DNA of 64,000 bases. Source: Christensenellaceae bacterium. Lineage in GTDB: Bacteria > Bacillota > Clostridia > Christensenellales > Aristaeellaceae. How positions within the stretch are numbered: position 1 is the first letter of the stretch; every line of letters starts with the position of its first letter. The notes beneath the pieces were generated by a model that saw nothing but the letters and a program-made list of their open reading frames with translations, was not told the DNA's origin and made no database searches. The DNA lies in contig JAFLST010000011.1 in the NCBI GenBank assembly GCA_022510815.1, positions 4,713 through 68,712 of the forward strand, read 5' to 3'. Both the position numbers and the translations under genes were made by a program. Below are positions 48,501 to 58,532 of the stretch, in pieces.

Positions 48501-49868
48501 TTAGAATAAAACGCTGGCGGCCTGCATGACGGTGTCGACGCCGATGAGCTTCATGCCTTCGGGGGTTTTCAGGCGTCGCAGGTTTTCCCGTGGGAGCAGC
48601 ACCGTGGTAAAGCCCAGACGCTGACACTCCGCGACACGCCGGTCACAGTGAGGAATCGCCCGCACCTCGCCCGCGAGGCCTACCTCGCCCATGACGGCCA
48701 CCTCCGCGCCAACGGCCATGTCCTTGAGCGAGGACACCACCGCCATGCACAGGGCCAAATCCGCGGCGGGCTCTGACAACTCAAGACCGCCCGCCACATT
48801 GATGTATACATCCTGATTATAGAGCTTCTGCCCGGCGCGCTTTTCCAGCACCGCCAGCAGCAGCGACACCCGGCCCGTGTCCGCGCCGCCGACCGTCCGC
48901 CGTGGCGTGCCGAAATAGGACTGCGCCGCCAAGGCCTGCACATCGCACAGGAGCGGCCGGGAGCCCTCGATGCCGCAGTAGACCACCGAGCCGCTGGCGC
49001 CCTTGGCCCGCCGTGACAGGAGCCGTTCGCTGGGGTTGGGCACCATCTGCATGCCCTCCTCAGTCATCTGGAACACGCCCAGCTCGTTGACCGAGCCGAA
49101 GCGGTTCTTCACGGCCCGGAGGAGGCGGTACTCCTGCTGCTGGTCGCCCTCAAAATACAGCACCACGTCGACCATATGCTCCAGCATCCGCGGTCCGGCG
49201 ATGTTGCCCTCCTTGGTCACATGACCCACGAGGAAGATGGCCGTGCCGCTCTCCTTGCACAGCCGCATGATCAGGCTGGTGCACTCGCGAATCTGGCTGA
49301 CCGATCCCGGCGCGCTGGCCAGCTCGGGGCGGTACATGGTCTGCACCGAGTCCACCACCGCCACGTCCGGCTGGAGCTGCCCGAGCTTTTCCTCCACGTT
49401 GTCCAGCGCGTTTTCCGCCAGCACATAGAGATTCGGCACGTCAATGCCAAGCCGCCGGGCCCGGAGCTTCAGCTGCCTCGCGGATTCCTCGCCGCTGACA
49501 TAGAGCACGCGCTTGCCGTCCTTGGCAAGGTTCGCGCAGACCTGCAGGAGCAGCGTAGACTTGCCGATGCCCGGATCGCCGCCGATGAGCATCAGCCCGC
49601 CCTCGACAATGCCGCCGCCCAGCACCCTGTCCAGCTCGCTGATGCCCGTCGTAATGCGGATCTGATTATCCTCCGGCACGTCCTTGAGCAGGCAGGCCTG
49701 CGCCCCTGTGCCGGGACGCTGCCTGGCTGGCTTGGCAGACGCTGCCGCGGGGGCCGCGACCGTCTCCTCCATGGTGTTCCACGCTCCGCAGCCCGGGCAC
49801 TTGCCGACCCACCGCGAGGTCTCGTAGCCGCAGGACGTGCAGGCAAACAGCGTCTTCTCCTTGGCCAT
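48501..49868 (-). CDS. radA: DNA repair protein RadA/Sms
   Basis: Zinc finger CTSCGYETSRWVGKCPGCGAWNT, Walker A GGDPGIGKSTLLLQ and a Lon-like C-terminus. Confidence 0.95.
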   Translation of the reverse strand: MAKEKTLFACTSCGYETSRWVGKCPGCGAWNTMEETVAAPAAASAKPARQRPGTGAQACLLKDVPEDNQIRITTGISELDRVLGGGIVEGGLMLIGGDPGIGKSTLLLQVCANLAKDGKRVLYVSGEESARQLKLRARRLGIDVPNLYVLAENALDNVEEKLGQLQPDVAVVDSVQTMYRPELASAPGSVSQIRECTSLIMRLCKESGTAIFLVGHVTKEGNIAGPRMLEHMVDVVLYFEGDQQQEYRLLRAVKNRFGSVNELGVFQMTEEGMQMVPNPSERLLSRRAKGASGSVVYCGIEGSRPLLCDVQALAAQSYFGTPRRTVGGADTGRVSLLLAVLEKRAGQKLYNQDVYINVAGGLELSEPAADLALCMAVVSSLKDMAVGAEVAVMGEVGLAGEVRAIPHCDRRVAECQRLGFTTVLLPRENLRRLKTPEGMKLIGVDTVMQAASVLF

Positions 49869-50073
49869 GGCGCTCGCTCCTTCACTCGATATCGCTCCTA
49901 TTATAGCACAAGCGCCGCCGGATGGAAAGGCGGCAGGCCGGAAAAGAATCCACAGGTTACAGATGTAAAAAGCCGGGAATGCCGGGGGAGGATAAAAACC
50001 TTTCCCTCCGCCGCGCCGTCATAGCGGTAAGGAGCGCAGGAAAACCCTGCCGCTCACAGAGGAGGTATACGAC

Positions 50074-52242
50074 ATGAAACACGCGCTTTCCCGACTGATC
50101 AGCCTGATGCTGATCCTGTGCCTCGTTCTCCCCGCCGCGCTGGCAGAGGCTTCAGACGCCGCTTCCGCCCCGGCGGAGCAGATCAACGCCCGGTTCCTGT
50201 TCAGCCGCGGCGGCGAGATCTACGGCTTCACCTACGACGGCATGATGTACCGGCGCTTGAACAACAGCTGGCTCCCGGCAGGCAGCGTCTACGACGACGT
50301 ATGGGCCATCAGCGCCGACGGCGACAGCGTCTGGTTCCTGATTCGCAGGGAGGATGAAAACAGAGCGTGGTATGAGATCAGCCCTGCCATGCTTGACGGT
50401 CAGGGCCTGCTGACCGGCGTTGGCGACACGCTGGAGATCAACTGGGATGTGGACGCGGACAACTGGCCGCAGTTCTATGGTTTCGTAGTTGAGGACAGCA
50501 TAGCCTATATCGCCGTGAACAGCAGCGACCGGAGCACCCGCCTGCTCTACCGCGTTGATTTGTCAGACGGCAAAGCGGCCAAGGTGCTCAACGCTTCGCT
50601 GCAATCCGTGACGCGCTACAAGGACGGTCTGCTGCTGGCCCAGCGCGATGATCGGAACGGCGAGACGCAGGAGATCATAACCATCGATCCCGGCACCGGG
50701 GGCATCGGGGTTATCGCTCAAATCACCGGCGGGAGCTGCAGCGGACTGATCTACGACCCCGAGAGCGACGCGGTCTACTTCAGCAACCAGTCCTACGTCT
50801 ACCGGATTGACGGCGACACCGCCCAGCCCGTGGGCTATCTGGCCCTCAGGGGCGCCAACGGTCGGGACATCGACGTCGTCATCCGGGAGGGGCGCTATTG
50901 CTTCAACATCTATGACGACTGGGTTGAGTCAGCGATTGACCCGACGCTGCTTCCCAAGCGCACCCTGCGGCTGCAGTCGTCATGGCAGATCAGCGAACTG
51001 ATTCTTGCCTTCGCGCAGCAGCACCCGGAAATCGCCGTCGAATACGCAGAGGGCTCCTACGACGGGCTGGAGGCATTCACCCGCGTCATGCAGGCGGACA
51101 GCGCGCCGGACGTTTTCTTCACCAGCCTTGGCCGGGACTTCATCACCCTCCGGGACAGAAAGTATCTGACCGACATATCCTCCGAGGCCCTTGTGAGCGT
51201 GGTCAGCCGCATGGCCCCCAACATCACCAAGGATGTGCTGGTGGACGGCAGGCTCTACGCCCTGCCCTACGCGCTGGACATCATGATGAACGGCTACTTC
51301 CTCCACGGGCTGGAAAAGGCCGGACTGACTGCCGAGGACGTGCCCACCAGCTACGAGGGCCTGCTGGACTTCATTGAGCGCTGGCACGAGGACTACTTCG
51401 AGGAAAACGAAGGCATGGAGCTCTTTGAGTACTGCGCGGACATGCGGCAGTTCCTGTTTAGCGAAATTTACGCCGCCCAGCTCCGGGCCTGCCAGTCGAA
51501 CGGGGAACTGACTCTCGATACCCCCGCTGTGCGCAGTCTGCTGACCCGGCTGGAGGAGCTCACCCCCGTCATCAACGAAGTCGCGCCGCCGCGGTTCGAT
51601 GACGAGGATTCCATGTCAGGCAACGCGCTGTTCACCGACATGGTCGAGGCCGGCGTCATCATCCGGGAATATCCCTTCGACGAGATGTACAGCGCCCGTC
51701 CGATGCCCCTGTCGCTGGACAGCCAGTCCGACCCAACCATCAACGCCCACCTGAACCTGATGGTCATCAATCCCTACAGCCCGAACGCCAGCATCGCCGT
51801 GACATTCCTCGAGTTCATCGCGGAAAACCTGCCCGTCGTGCAGAAGGTCGCCATGATGCCGGAAGAAAACGACCCCATCGAGCGCATGAACTACGAGGAT
51901 GAGCTGCAGCGCCTGCGTGATCGGGCCGCGCTGTGGGAGCAGCGCCTTGCCGACGCGCCGGAGGAAAACCGCGCTGACATCGAGGATGAACTGAGGTATG
52001 TGCGCTATGAGATCAAGGACTACGAGGAAAACCGCTGGGCCATGACCGCCGAGGAGGTCCTCTGGTATCGGGAGAACATTGCGCCTTACCTGACCTTCAC
52101 GACCGTCACGCCTTACTCGGCCAACACCGCCGATCAGCTTTACAGCCTGCAGCAGCGCTATCTTGACGGGCAGGCGAGCCTCGACGAGTTCATCAGCCGG
52201 TTTGAGGAGATCGTCTGGATGATGCGGCGGGAGAATCAGTAA
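50074..52242 (+). CDS. secreted protein with an N-terminal repeat region fused to a solute-binding-like domain (third paralog)
   Basis: Signal peptide and a GAGGAGG RBS. Collinear with 7667..9766. The C-terminus QRYLDGQASLDEFISRFEEIVWMM is shared. Confidence 0.55.
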   Translation: MKHALSRLISLMLILCLVLPAALAEASDAASAPAEQINARFLFSRGGEIYGFTYDGMMYRRLNNSWLPAGSVYDDVWAISADGDSVWFLIRREDENRAWYEISPAMLDGQGLLTGVGDTLEINWDVDADNWPQFYGFVVEDSIAYIAVNSSDRSTRLLYRVDLSDGKAAKVLNASLQSVTRYKDGLLLAQRDDRNGETQEIITIDPGTGGIGVIAQITGGSCSGLIYDPESDAVYFSNQSYVYRIDGDTAQPVGYLALRGANGRDIDVVIREGRYCFNIYDDWVESAIDPTLLPKRTLRLQSSWQISELILAFAQQHPEIAVEYAEGSYDGLEAFTRVMQADSAPDVFFTSLGRDFITLRDRKYLTDISSEALVSVVSRMAPNITKDVLVDGRLYALPYALDIMMNGYFLHGLEKAGLTAEDVPTSYEGLLDFIERWHEDYFEENEGMELFEYCADMRQFLFSEIYAAQLRACQSNGELTLDTPAVRSLLTRLEELTPVINEVAPPRFDDEDSMSGNALFTDMVEAGVIIREYPFDEMYSARPMPLSLDSQSDPTINAHLNLMVINPYSPNASIAVTFLEFIAENLPVVQKVAMMPEENDPIERMNYEDELQRLRDRAALWEQRLADAPEENRADIEDELRYVRYEIKDYEENRWAMTAEEVLWYRENIAPYLTFTTVTPYSANTADQLYSLQQRYLDGQASLDEFISRFEEIVWMMRRENQ

Positions 52243-52315
52243 TCGCAGGAAAACACAAAAATCGAAGGGCCTGCGGGTCCTCCGACGCCACCCGGGACTT
52301 TGCTGACAGCGTAAA

Positions 52316-52343
52316 AGCGGGAACGCCTTGAGGCGTTCCCGCT
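52316..52343. terminator. bidirectional terminator
   Basis: Perfect 12-bp stem agcgggaacgcc/ggcgttcccgct with loop ttga. It lies between convergent genes. Confidence 0.7.
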
Positions 52344-52359
52344 TCTGTGGTTGCTCGAA

Positions 52360-52902
52360 TCAATAGTTCTCCGCCTTGATCGCGAAGTAGCTCTGCGGAT
52401 GCGCGCAGACGGGGCAGATTTCGGGGGCCTGCTTGCCGACCACGATGTGGCCGCAGTTGCCGCACTCCCAAATCATGTCGCCCTCGCGGGAGAAGACCAG
52501 ACCGCCCTCGACGTTGGCCAGCAGCTTGCGATAGCGCTCCTCATGGGCCTTCTCGATCGCGCCGACCATCTCGAACTTCGCGGCGATCTCCTCAAAGCCC
52601 TCCTCGCGGGCTTCCTTGGCCATGCGGGCATACATGTCGGTCCACTCGGCGTTTTCGCCCTCCGCGGCATGGAGCAGGTTGGTAGCGGTGTCCTGAATGC
52701 TGCCGCCCTCCAGATACTTGAACCACATCTTGGCGTGTTCCTTCTCATTGTTGGCGGTCTGCTCGAACAGCTCGGCGATCTGCACATAGCCGTCCTTCTT
52801 GGCGCGGGAAGCGAAATAGGTGTACTTGTTGCGGGCCATGGATTCGCCGGCAAAGGCTTCCATCAGGTTCTGCTCTGTCTTGGTGCCCTTCAGCTCTTTC
52901 AT
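52360..52902 (-). CDS. rbr: rubrerythrin
   Basis: Ferritin-like EGE...EEH motifs and a C-terminal rubredoxin-type CGNCGH...CPVC. Confidence 0.9.
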   Translation of the reverse strand: MKELKGTKTEQNLMEAFAGESMARNKYTYFASRAKKDGYVQIAELFEQTANNEKEHAKMWFKYLEGGSIQDTATNLLHAAEGENAEWTDMYARMAKEAREEGFEEIAAKFEMVGAIEKAHEERYRKLLANVEGGLVFSREGDMIWECGNCGHIVVGKQAPEICPVCAHPQSYFAIKAENY

Positions 52903-52946
52903 GTCATCTTACCTCCATCATTGTGAATTGGATCCGAATTACCATC

Positions 52947-52980
52947 ATTATATCATACTTTCAGGAAATTGAAACAGCCA
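52947..52980 (-). promoter_or_regulatory. candidate extended -10 promoter of rubrerythrin
   Basis: The minus strand reads TTTCAA, 16 nt, then TATAAT with a TGA prefix (TGATATAAT). Confidence 0.4.
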
Positions 52981-53015
52981 GATGCCGAATCATAGGAATT
53001 TTTATGGAAAACACA

Positions 53016-53732
53016 TCAATTTTGGGGAATCGGCAGACGGTCAAGGCACGCGGGCAGATGAAGCATGTGATGATACGTCATGGGCGTCAGAATCATGCCG
53101 CCCCGCGTCAGCCGCCCCCAGAAGACCAGCAGCCACACCGAGCGGAAATCCGTCGTCACGCCGCCGACCTCCAGAATGCGCATCACCCGCTCCTCAGGCA
53201 CCATGGACTGAACCTGCTCAAGGGTCAGCCGCCCGATGATCCGGCGCGTGTTCTTTCCCACGGCGATCATGTACTCCCGGAGCGCCGCGACGTTGATCTC
53301 CCGCCCGAAGGCGACGGCCTCCTCCAGCGTCAGGGCATTGCCTGTGTCCGTGATGGACGCGCCGATCTTCCGCTGCCATCCGGCGTTAAAAAGCTGATCC
53401 TGATCCGCCATCAGAATGTTGCTGACCAGATCCTCAATACGGTAGAGGTGCCAGAACTGCCAGACCAGCGGCACAGTCTTCGTCCCGGCGTAGTGCAGGT
53501 CCGTTTCGCAGGCTTCTCTGGGCACCAGATCATTCTGATGCCCGCTCATCATGTCATCAAGCACAGCATCCGCGATGGTTCTACCGCTCTGCCCGGACAC
53601 CTCGGCAGGATGCACCATGGCATGCACCTCCAGCGCCAGCGACCGGATGCGGCTGATGTCGTTTCCCTTCAGCGCCTCCACCAGCGCCTGATGCCGCTCC
53701 CCGATCGCCTGACACAGCGCTTCCTTCGTCAT
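53016..53732 (-). CDS. DinB-like family protein (tentative)
   Basis: 238 aa, start at the second ATG after GGAAGGAGG. The helical-bundle-like sequence has scattered His residues. The family call is from memory only. Confidence 0.4.
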   Translation of the reverse strand: MTKEALCQAIGERHQALVEALKGNDISRIRSLALEVHAMVHPAEVSGQSGRTIADAVLDDMMSGHQNDLVPREACETDLHYAGTKTVPLVWQFWHLYRIEDLVSNILMADQDQLFNAGWQRKIGASITDTGNALTLEEAVAFGREINVAALREYMIAVGKNTRRIIGRLTLEQVQSMVPEERVMRILEVGGVTTDFRSVWLLVFWGRLTRGGMILTPMTYHHMLHLPACLDRLPIPQN

Positions 53733-53753
53733 GGGCATCCTCCTTCCGGCGGT

Positions 53754-54104
53754 TCACGCCTTGTAGAACCCGCCCGTGTGGAAATTCTCATTGCCGAGCT
53801 TCTTCGCGGTCATCCGGAATATGACGCAGCCGTCAGGGCAGACGATCTCCTTGCAATACTTCCCGCTGCCGCCAAGATTGGTCAGGTCGCCGCCGCTTCT
53901 GACGGCCTCCATGATGGGGAACATCATCATCATGACCTTCGAGCAGATGCCCTGCCCCTGCGCGTTGACCGGGCAGCCGTAGGTGCAGGTATACCGGTCG
54001 CCGATCTCCTCGCCGTTGCGGCAGTAGTTCTCCGTGCGCTCGCCCCGGAGAAAGCCCGTCACCTCGATCTCCCATTCGTACTCTTCATCATACCACTTCT
54101 TCAT
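53754..54104 (-). CDS. TIGR04076-family Cys-rich protein
   Basis: 116 aa: ...CRNGEEIGDRYTCTYGCP...GICSKVMMMMFPIMEAVRSGGDL...CPDGCVIF. Confidence 0.55.
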   Translation of the reverse strand: MKKWYDEEYEWEIEVTGFLRGERTENYCRNGEEIGDRYTCTYGCPVNAQGQGICSKVMMMMFPIMEAVRSGGDLTNLGGSGKYCKEIVCPDGCVIFRMTAKKLGNENFHTGGFYKA

Positions 54105-54133
54105 AGCTTCCTCCTATCACAGGACATGCCGGT

Positions 54134-54529
54134 TCACGCATGGGGCGCATTGCTTCCCCGGTACGCGATCGCGTCGATCTGCACCTGCAGGCCATGCTCG
54201 CCGCCCTGATGCGCGAACTCCGTGGCAATCGTCTTTCTGGCAGGGTAGCGCCCCTGAAATCGCTCCGCAAAGACCTTCTCCATCGCAGGAATGTTCCACG
54301 GGTCCCGCATCAGCACGTCCACCTTCACCACCGACGCCAGCGTGAGACCCACCAGCGCCAGCCGCGCCTCCATGTTATCCAGCGCGCCGCGCACCTGCTC
54401 CTCGACGCTGCCGCCAATATTGCCCACGCAGAAATTCAGGAATACCCACTCCCCTGCCGCGACCACCTCGGAGTAGGCGCAGTCGTTGGCAAACTGGTTG
54501 TCCAGATTCAGCCGGATGATGTCTTCCAT
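54134..54529 (-). CDS. RidA/YjgF-family deaminase
   Basis: 131 aa with ...VKVDVLMRD... and a C-terminal ARKTIATEF...VQIDAIA pattern. Confidence 0.8.
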   Translation of the reverse strand: MEDIIRLNLDNQFANDCAYSEVVAAGEWVFLNFCVGNIGGSVEEQVRGALDNMEARLALVGLTLASVVKVDVLMRDPWNIPAMEKVFAERFQGRYPARKTIATEFAHQGGEHGLQVQIDAIAYRGSNAPHA

Positions 54530-54617
54530 GGGTTTGCTCCTTCCTTATTGAGACTTCATTACCGGCTCCATTATATGCGAACATTTGTTTGTTGTCAAGT
54601 GCTTTCCGCTATGGAAC

Positions 54618-54941
54618 TCATCTTTGCAGCTTGATGGTCGAGGCTACCGCGTACGCAACCGTCGCAAGGGATACAATCCACACGCCGTGATACAGCCATC
54701 CTGCCTTCAGCAGCACCGCCAAGGCAATCATCAGGAAGATCACGCCTAAAAGGGCAAAGGAAATGGCGGACTGCCGGTAATAGGGCTTTTTGTCCAGCTT
54801 TGCGCGCTCCTCCTCCGTCGCGAAAAGCGCCGAGTTGTTAAGCAGCGGCCCCTTCTCCCTGAAATGGAGATAGCTCATGACAAAGAAACCTGCCGCTGTG
54901 AGAAAAAGAATGACAAGCATGGTCACCTCATGCATCTCCAT
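54618..54941 (-). CDS. small membrane protein
   Basis: Start at MEMHEVTMLVILF after GGAGG. Three TM spans. Confidence 0.5.
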   Translation of the reverse strand: MEMHEVTMLVILFLTAAGFFVMSYLHFREKGPLLNNSALFATEEERAKLDKKPYYRQSAISFALLGVIFLMIALAVLLKAGWLYHGVWIVSLATVAYAVASTIKLQR

Positions 54942-54954
54942 GGTACTGCCTCCG

Positions 54955-55557
54955 TCACGCGTTCTTCCTGAATACGCCGTCCTGCCGCTCCATCCGCTCC
55001 ATCGCCAGCGCAAGGATATGCTCGCACCACCGCTGCGTCTCTGCCGCGTCAGCACACAGCTCATCGACGATGGCGTCGGCCTCCGCCAGCGCCATTTGAT
55101 ACTGCGCCTCCGTCAGCTCGCCTGACCTGTAGGCCGCATCCAGTTCATCGTGGTCATCAACGACCACGTCGCCCTCCACGTCGAAGATCACATCCAGATA
55201 CAGGTCCCTGAACCACACGACCTGATCCTCGTCATATCCCCAACTGTCGATCACATCGACATACCACACGGAAACGGACTTGTCATACGCCACGCCCTGC
55301 ACTGTCCGCGACGGAGGCAGGAACTTCGCCGTGATCGCGCGATGCTGCCCATCGGGAATCAACTGCAGCCACAGCATATCCTGACCGCACACCGGCGCCC
55401 TTCCGGCCTTGGGCATATTCCAGAACATGTAGTCCCCGGCCTTCAGCTCGATGATGCTGACGAGGCCATGAAACGCGTCCGTATCCATTCGCATCTGATA
55501 ATACGGAAATCCCTGAAAAAACCACTTGCTGTCCCTGTCCAGCCGCTTCTTGGTCAT
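54955..55557 (-). CDS. DUF402-domain protein (nucleoside di/triphosphatase-like)
   Basis: Core SVWYVDVID...DLYLDVIFDVEGDVVVDDHDELD is typical of DUF402. Confidence 0.6.
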   Translation of the reverse strand: MTKKRLDRDSKWFFQGFPYYQMRMDTDAFHGLVSIIELKAGDYMFWNMPKAGRAPVCGQDMLWLQLIPDGQHRAITAKFLPPSRTVQGVAYDKSVSVWYVDVIDSWGYDEDQVVWFRDLYLDVIFDVEGDVVVDDHDELDAAYRSGELTEAQYQMALAEADAIVDELCADAAETQRWCEHILALAMERMERQDGVFRKNA

Positions 55558-56018
55558 GCCTCATTCCTCCGCCGCTTCAGCAATGCCTGTTTTGCTTCCT
55601 CATGCTGCTTGCAGAAAAGCTCCGGCATGTCCTCCAGCGCGAAGTATTGCAGGCCAACCGTCTCGAGGTTATCGCACTGCAGCTGACCGCCTGTCGCTTC
55701 CAGCTCATAGAAAATGCAGATGCTGTGCGCCTTATCGCCGTTCGGATACGTCATGTCGCTGTCGGTGCAGATGCCAATCAGATCGGTCACCCGCACATCA
55801 AGCCCGGTTTCCTCCTTGACCTCTCTGATGACAGCCATCTCCGGCGTTTCTCCCAGCTCGATGGCTCCGCCCGGGAAGCCCCACTTGCGGCTGTCTCCGC
55901 GGCACTGGAGCAAAACCTCGCCAGCCTGATTAAAAACACATCCGCCCGCAAAGACCAGAATGATTTTCTCATGCCCGACCTTGCTCCTCAGCCAACCGAT
56001 GTAGTTCTTTGAATCCAT
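55554..56018 (-). CDS. NUDIX hydrolase
   Basis: Nudix box GGAIELGETPEMAVIREVKEETGL. Start at MDSKNY after AAGGAG. Confidence 0.8.
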   Translation of the reverse strand: MDSKNYIGWLRSKVGHEKIILVFAGGCVFNQAGEVLLQCRGDSRKWGFPGGAIELGETPEMAVIREVKEETGLDVRVTDLIGICTDSDMTYPNGDKAHSICIFYELEATGGQLQCDNLETVGLQYFALEDMPELFCKQHEEAKQALLKRRRNEA

Positions 56019-56062
56019 GACGATCCATCTCCTTTCGTCTGACAGCGCCGGACTCAAGGGGC

Positions 56063-56638
56063 TTACCTTCTTCCCCAGTATCTCGCCGTATGGTTCATAT
56101 AGGCCCCATACTCGTCTCCGAAGGTCGCTTTCATATAATCCTCTTCCTGCAGGATCTGAAGATGCAGCATGACCGCTGCCCAAGCGGAAATCATGAGCAG
56201 AGGAATATTGAAAAACAAAAGGCATATCGACAAATACAGCAGATCGAAGCCGACAAACGCGGGATTCCTGCTCCACCGATAGATGCCGTCTGTGACCAAC
56301 GAGGTCTTTTCCTCCGGTATGCCCACCCGCCAGCTGTTTTTCATTGTCATGGTGGCTGATGCAAAGAGCGTCACGGCGACCACGCCAACCAGCAGACCGG
56401 CAACCCTCACCGGAACAGCAGGAGGATTCCTGACAAGAAAGATGCTGCCCGCTTCCACGACGATCGTCAAAACTGTGGCCACGCTCATCAGCCGCTCAAT
56501 GAGCAGGACTTTCCTGGGTTTGTTGCCCGTGCCCATTTGATTCGTTTTGATGGACTGCCTATTGAGCAAGATCAGCTTCGCAAGATAAAACGCATAGAAC
56601 GCGAGCATGATCGCTATCGCCAACACCTGAAAAAGCAT
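56063..56638 (-). CDS. isoprenylcysteine carboxyl methyltransferase-family membrane protein
   Basis: Polytopic, with motif GIYRWSRNPAFVGFDLLYL. Confidence 0.75.
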   Translation of the reverse strand: MLFQVLAIAIMLAFYAFYLAKLILLNRQSIKTNQMGTGNKPRKVLLIERLMSVATVLTIVVEAGSIFLVRNPPAVPVRVAGLLVGVVAVTLFASATMTMKNSWRVGIPEEKTSLVTDGIYRWSRNPAFVGFDLLYLSICLLFFNIPLLMISAWAAVMLHLQILQEEDYMKATFGDEYGAYMNHTARYWGRR

Positions 56639-56647
56639 CAGATCACC

Positions 56648-57418
56648 TCATTCCATATCCCAGATCAGTCTGATGAGCTTACTGCCCAAGACTTGTCCGC
56701 CGCTTTCACAGCCAATATTCGTAGTGCTGTTTTCCGCTGTCATCTGTTCTGTCTCGATGAGCTCATCGCTGTCAGCATACTTTTCAACCGTTATCTTGAC
56801 GATTCCGTTTTCTACCTCGATCTGTTCTCCGTCCTCCACGCGCTCTGCATCGTAGCTTTGGACCATGACGACGGCTCCAGTTTCATCAAAGCAGGTAACG
56901 ACAAAACGCCGGATCGGCTCAGCGGCTTTGACTTCAATCGCGCAGGGGAATTCTGACAGCGTCACCGTCTGCGCCGCGCCGCCGCCCATATCGACATGAG
57001 CGACCGCCTTGCCGCTTTCAAAGTAGACGCCCGTTTCATCGTGATAAACATAATAAGCATCCAGCGTATTATCGGAACCGTCATTCAGCCAATAATTGAC
57101 CGTTCCCTGCGCCCCAACGGTATCCTCATCAATCTGCGCCACAAAGCTCAGCTTTGCAAAGTTTTCATCGCCCGCGTAGGCTATTTCCGCACTGGCGTTA
57201 AAGTAGTAGACCGCTGCCGCATCCAAATGAAACAGATATTGATGATCGCTGAAAGCCGCGTATACCTTTTCATCCTCCGGCAGCGCCTGACTGCTGTTCA
57301 CCAGAATCATCCCTATCGCCTTTTCGTAATTGGGCTTGAACTCCTTTGGGGAGCCGCAGGCGCTCAGGGACAGCGCGCACACCAGAACGAGCATCAGGCA
57401 TAGAAAACGCTTCTTCAT
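56648..57418 (-). CDS. lipoprotein, function unknown
   Basis: Start MKKRFLCLMLVLVCALSLSACGS (lipobox LSAC) after AAGGAG. Confidence 0.55.
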   Translation of the reverse strand: MKKRFLCLMLVLVCALSLSACGSPKEFKPNYEKAIGMILVNSSQALPEDEKVYAAFSDHQYLFHLDAAAVYYFNASAEIAYAGDENFAKLSFVAQIDEDTVGAQGTVNYWLNDGSDNTLDAYYVYHDETGVYFESGKAVAHVDMGGGAAQTVTLSEFPCAIEVKAAEPIRRFVVTCFDETGAVVMVQSYDAERVEDGEQIEVENGIVKITVEKYADSDELIETEQMTAENSTTNIGCESGGQVLGSKLIRLIWDME

Positions 57419-57489
57419 CAAATCATTCTCCTTGAACACGATGATTTTCGCCATGCTGATCACAGGCTGTCCGGCCCCTCCGTCCCGAT

Positions 57490-58029
57490 TCACCGGCGCA
57501 GGTCGATGGCGCATATCTCCTGCACAGGGAAGGTGATCTTCACCAAGCCAACGGCGACAAACTCGCCGCTCATCTTCCTGAATTCATGCAGGAGCAGGTT
57601 GCTTGCCTTGTAGAACGCGCCGTCCTCATCCTCTTTCATGAGCGCCAAGGTGCAATGCGGCACCCAGCGGTCAGGATGATACCACTCCCAGCCTTTTGTA
57701 TCACAATCCTTGAACCATTCGTGCACCTCCGCCTGCATCTGGTACATGCCGCGGTTCATGATGGGCGACGCGAAGATCGTCTTCGTATCGTTAAACATGC
57801 CAATGGAGCCAATATAGGCCGGCATCACCTGATGACTTTGCGCGAATCTCCTCAGCTGCTCCGCGCACGCCGCTTCATCCACATCGTTGAAGCAGGCCAG
57901 CGTGAGATGCGGTCTTGTTTTCCATTCCAGAAATCGGGTGCTCAGCCCTCCATCCGCCACGCTCTGCGCCAGACGGTAAAGCTCCCCTTCGGTTTCCTTG
58001 TCATAGTACAGTTCAATGGCGTACTGCAT
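57490..58029 (-). CDS. 2H-phosphoesterase (LigT-like 2'-5' RNA ligase family)
   Basis: Two HxT motifs: RPHLTLACF and VPHCTLAL. Confidence 0.7.
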   Translation of the reverse strand: MQYAIELYYDKETEGELYRLAQSVADGGLSTRFLEWKTRPHLTLACFNDVDEAACAEQLRRFAQSHQVMPAYIGSIGMFNDTKTIFASPIMNRGMYQMQAEVHEWFKDCDTKGWEWYHPDRWVPHCTLALMKEDEDGAFYKASNLLLHEFRKMSGEFVAVGLVKITFPVQEICAIDLRR

Positions 58030-58054
58030 GGATCATCCCTCCGCAAAGGTGGAT

Positions 58055-58507
58055 TTACCGGTCACCCGGATAGCTGATCTCCTTGCCCCAACGCACGACC
58101 TCGTCAAAGAAGCCCTCGACGTCGAGCAGACCGTATGCCCAAAGGAAGGCCCTCTCCCGCTCTGTAAACTCGCGCAGCGACAGCCACCGGACGTCTTGAA
58201 TGGCCTGTTCCTCGCCTTCCGGCGTTTCAGGGTCAAAGCCTGTCGTTTCCTGCTGCTCGCATGGCACATCAAACAGATAAACGTACTCCGTGCTGCCGTC
58301 CTTCCAATGCAGGATATTGAGCTGCCTTCTGATGACGCCCTCAAGGCCGCATTCCTCCTGCAGCTCTCTGAGCGCCGCTGCCTCCGGCGTTTCACCCGGC
58401 TCAATTCCGCCGCCGGGCAGCTCATTGATCAAATGACCGAGTCTGCGCGTTCGTACCGACAGGATTTTACGGTCTCGAACCACGAGTGCGATGCTGCGGT
58501 CTCTCAT
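58055..58507 (-). CDS. NUDIX hydrolase
   Basis: Nudix box GGGIEPGETPEAAALRELQEECGL. Confidence 0.8.
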   Translation of the reverse strand: MRDRSIALVVRDRKILSVRTRRLGHLINELPGGGIEPGETPEAAALRELQEECGLEGVIRRQLNILHWKDGSTEYVYLFDVPCEQQETTGFDPETPEGEEQAIQDVRWLSLREFTERERAFLWAYGLLDVEGFFDEVVRWGKEISYPGDR

Positions 58508-58532
58508 GGATACACCTCCGCCATGTTCGATA

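Noticed and set aside
48373-48627. 85-codon N-terminal extension of the yacL ORF
   Set aside because: It runs through the intergenic structured repeat and lacks an RBS. The ATG at 48372 has AAGGAG upstream and starts the expected TM segment.
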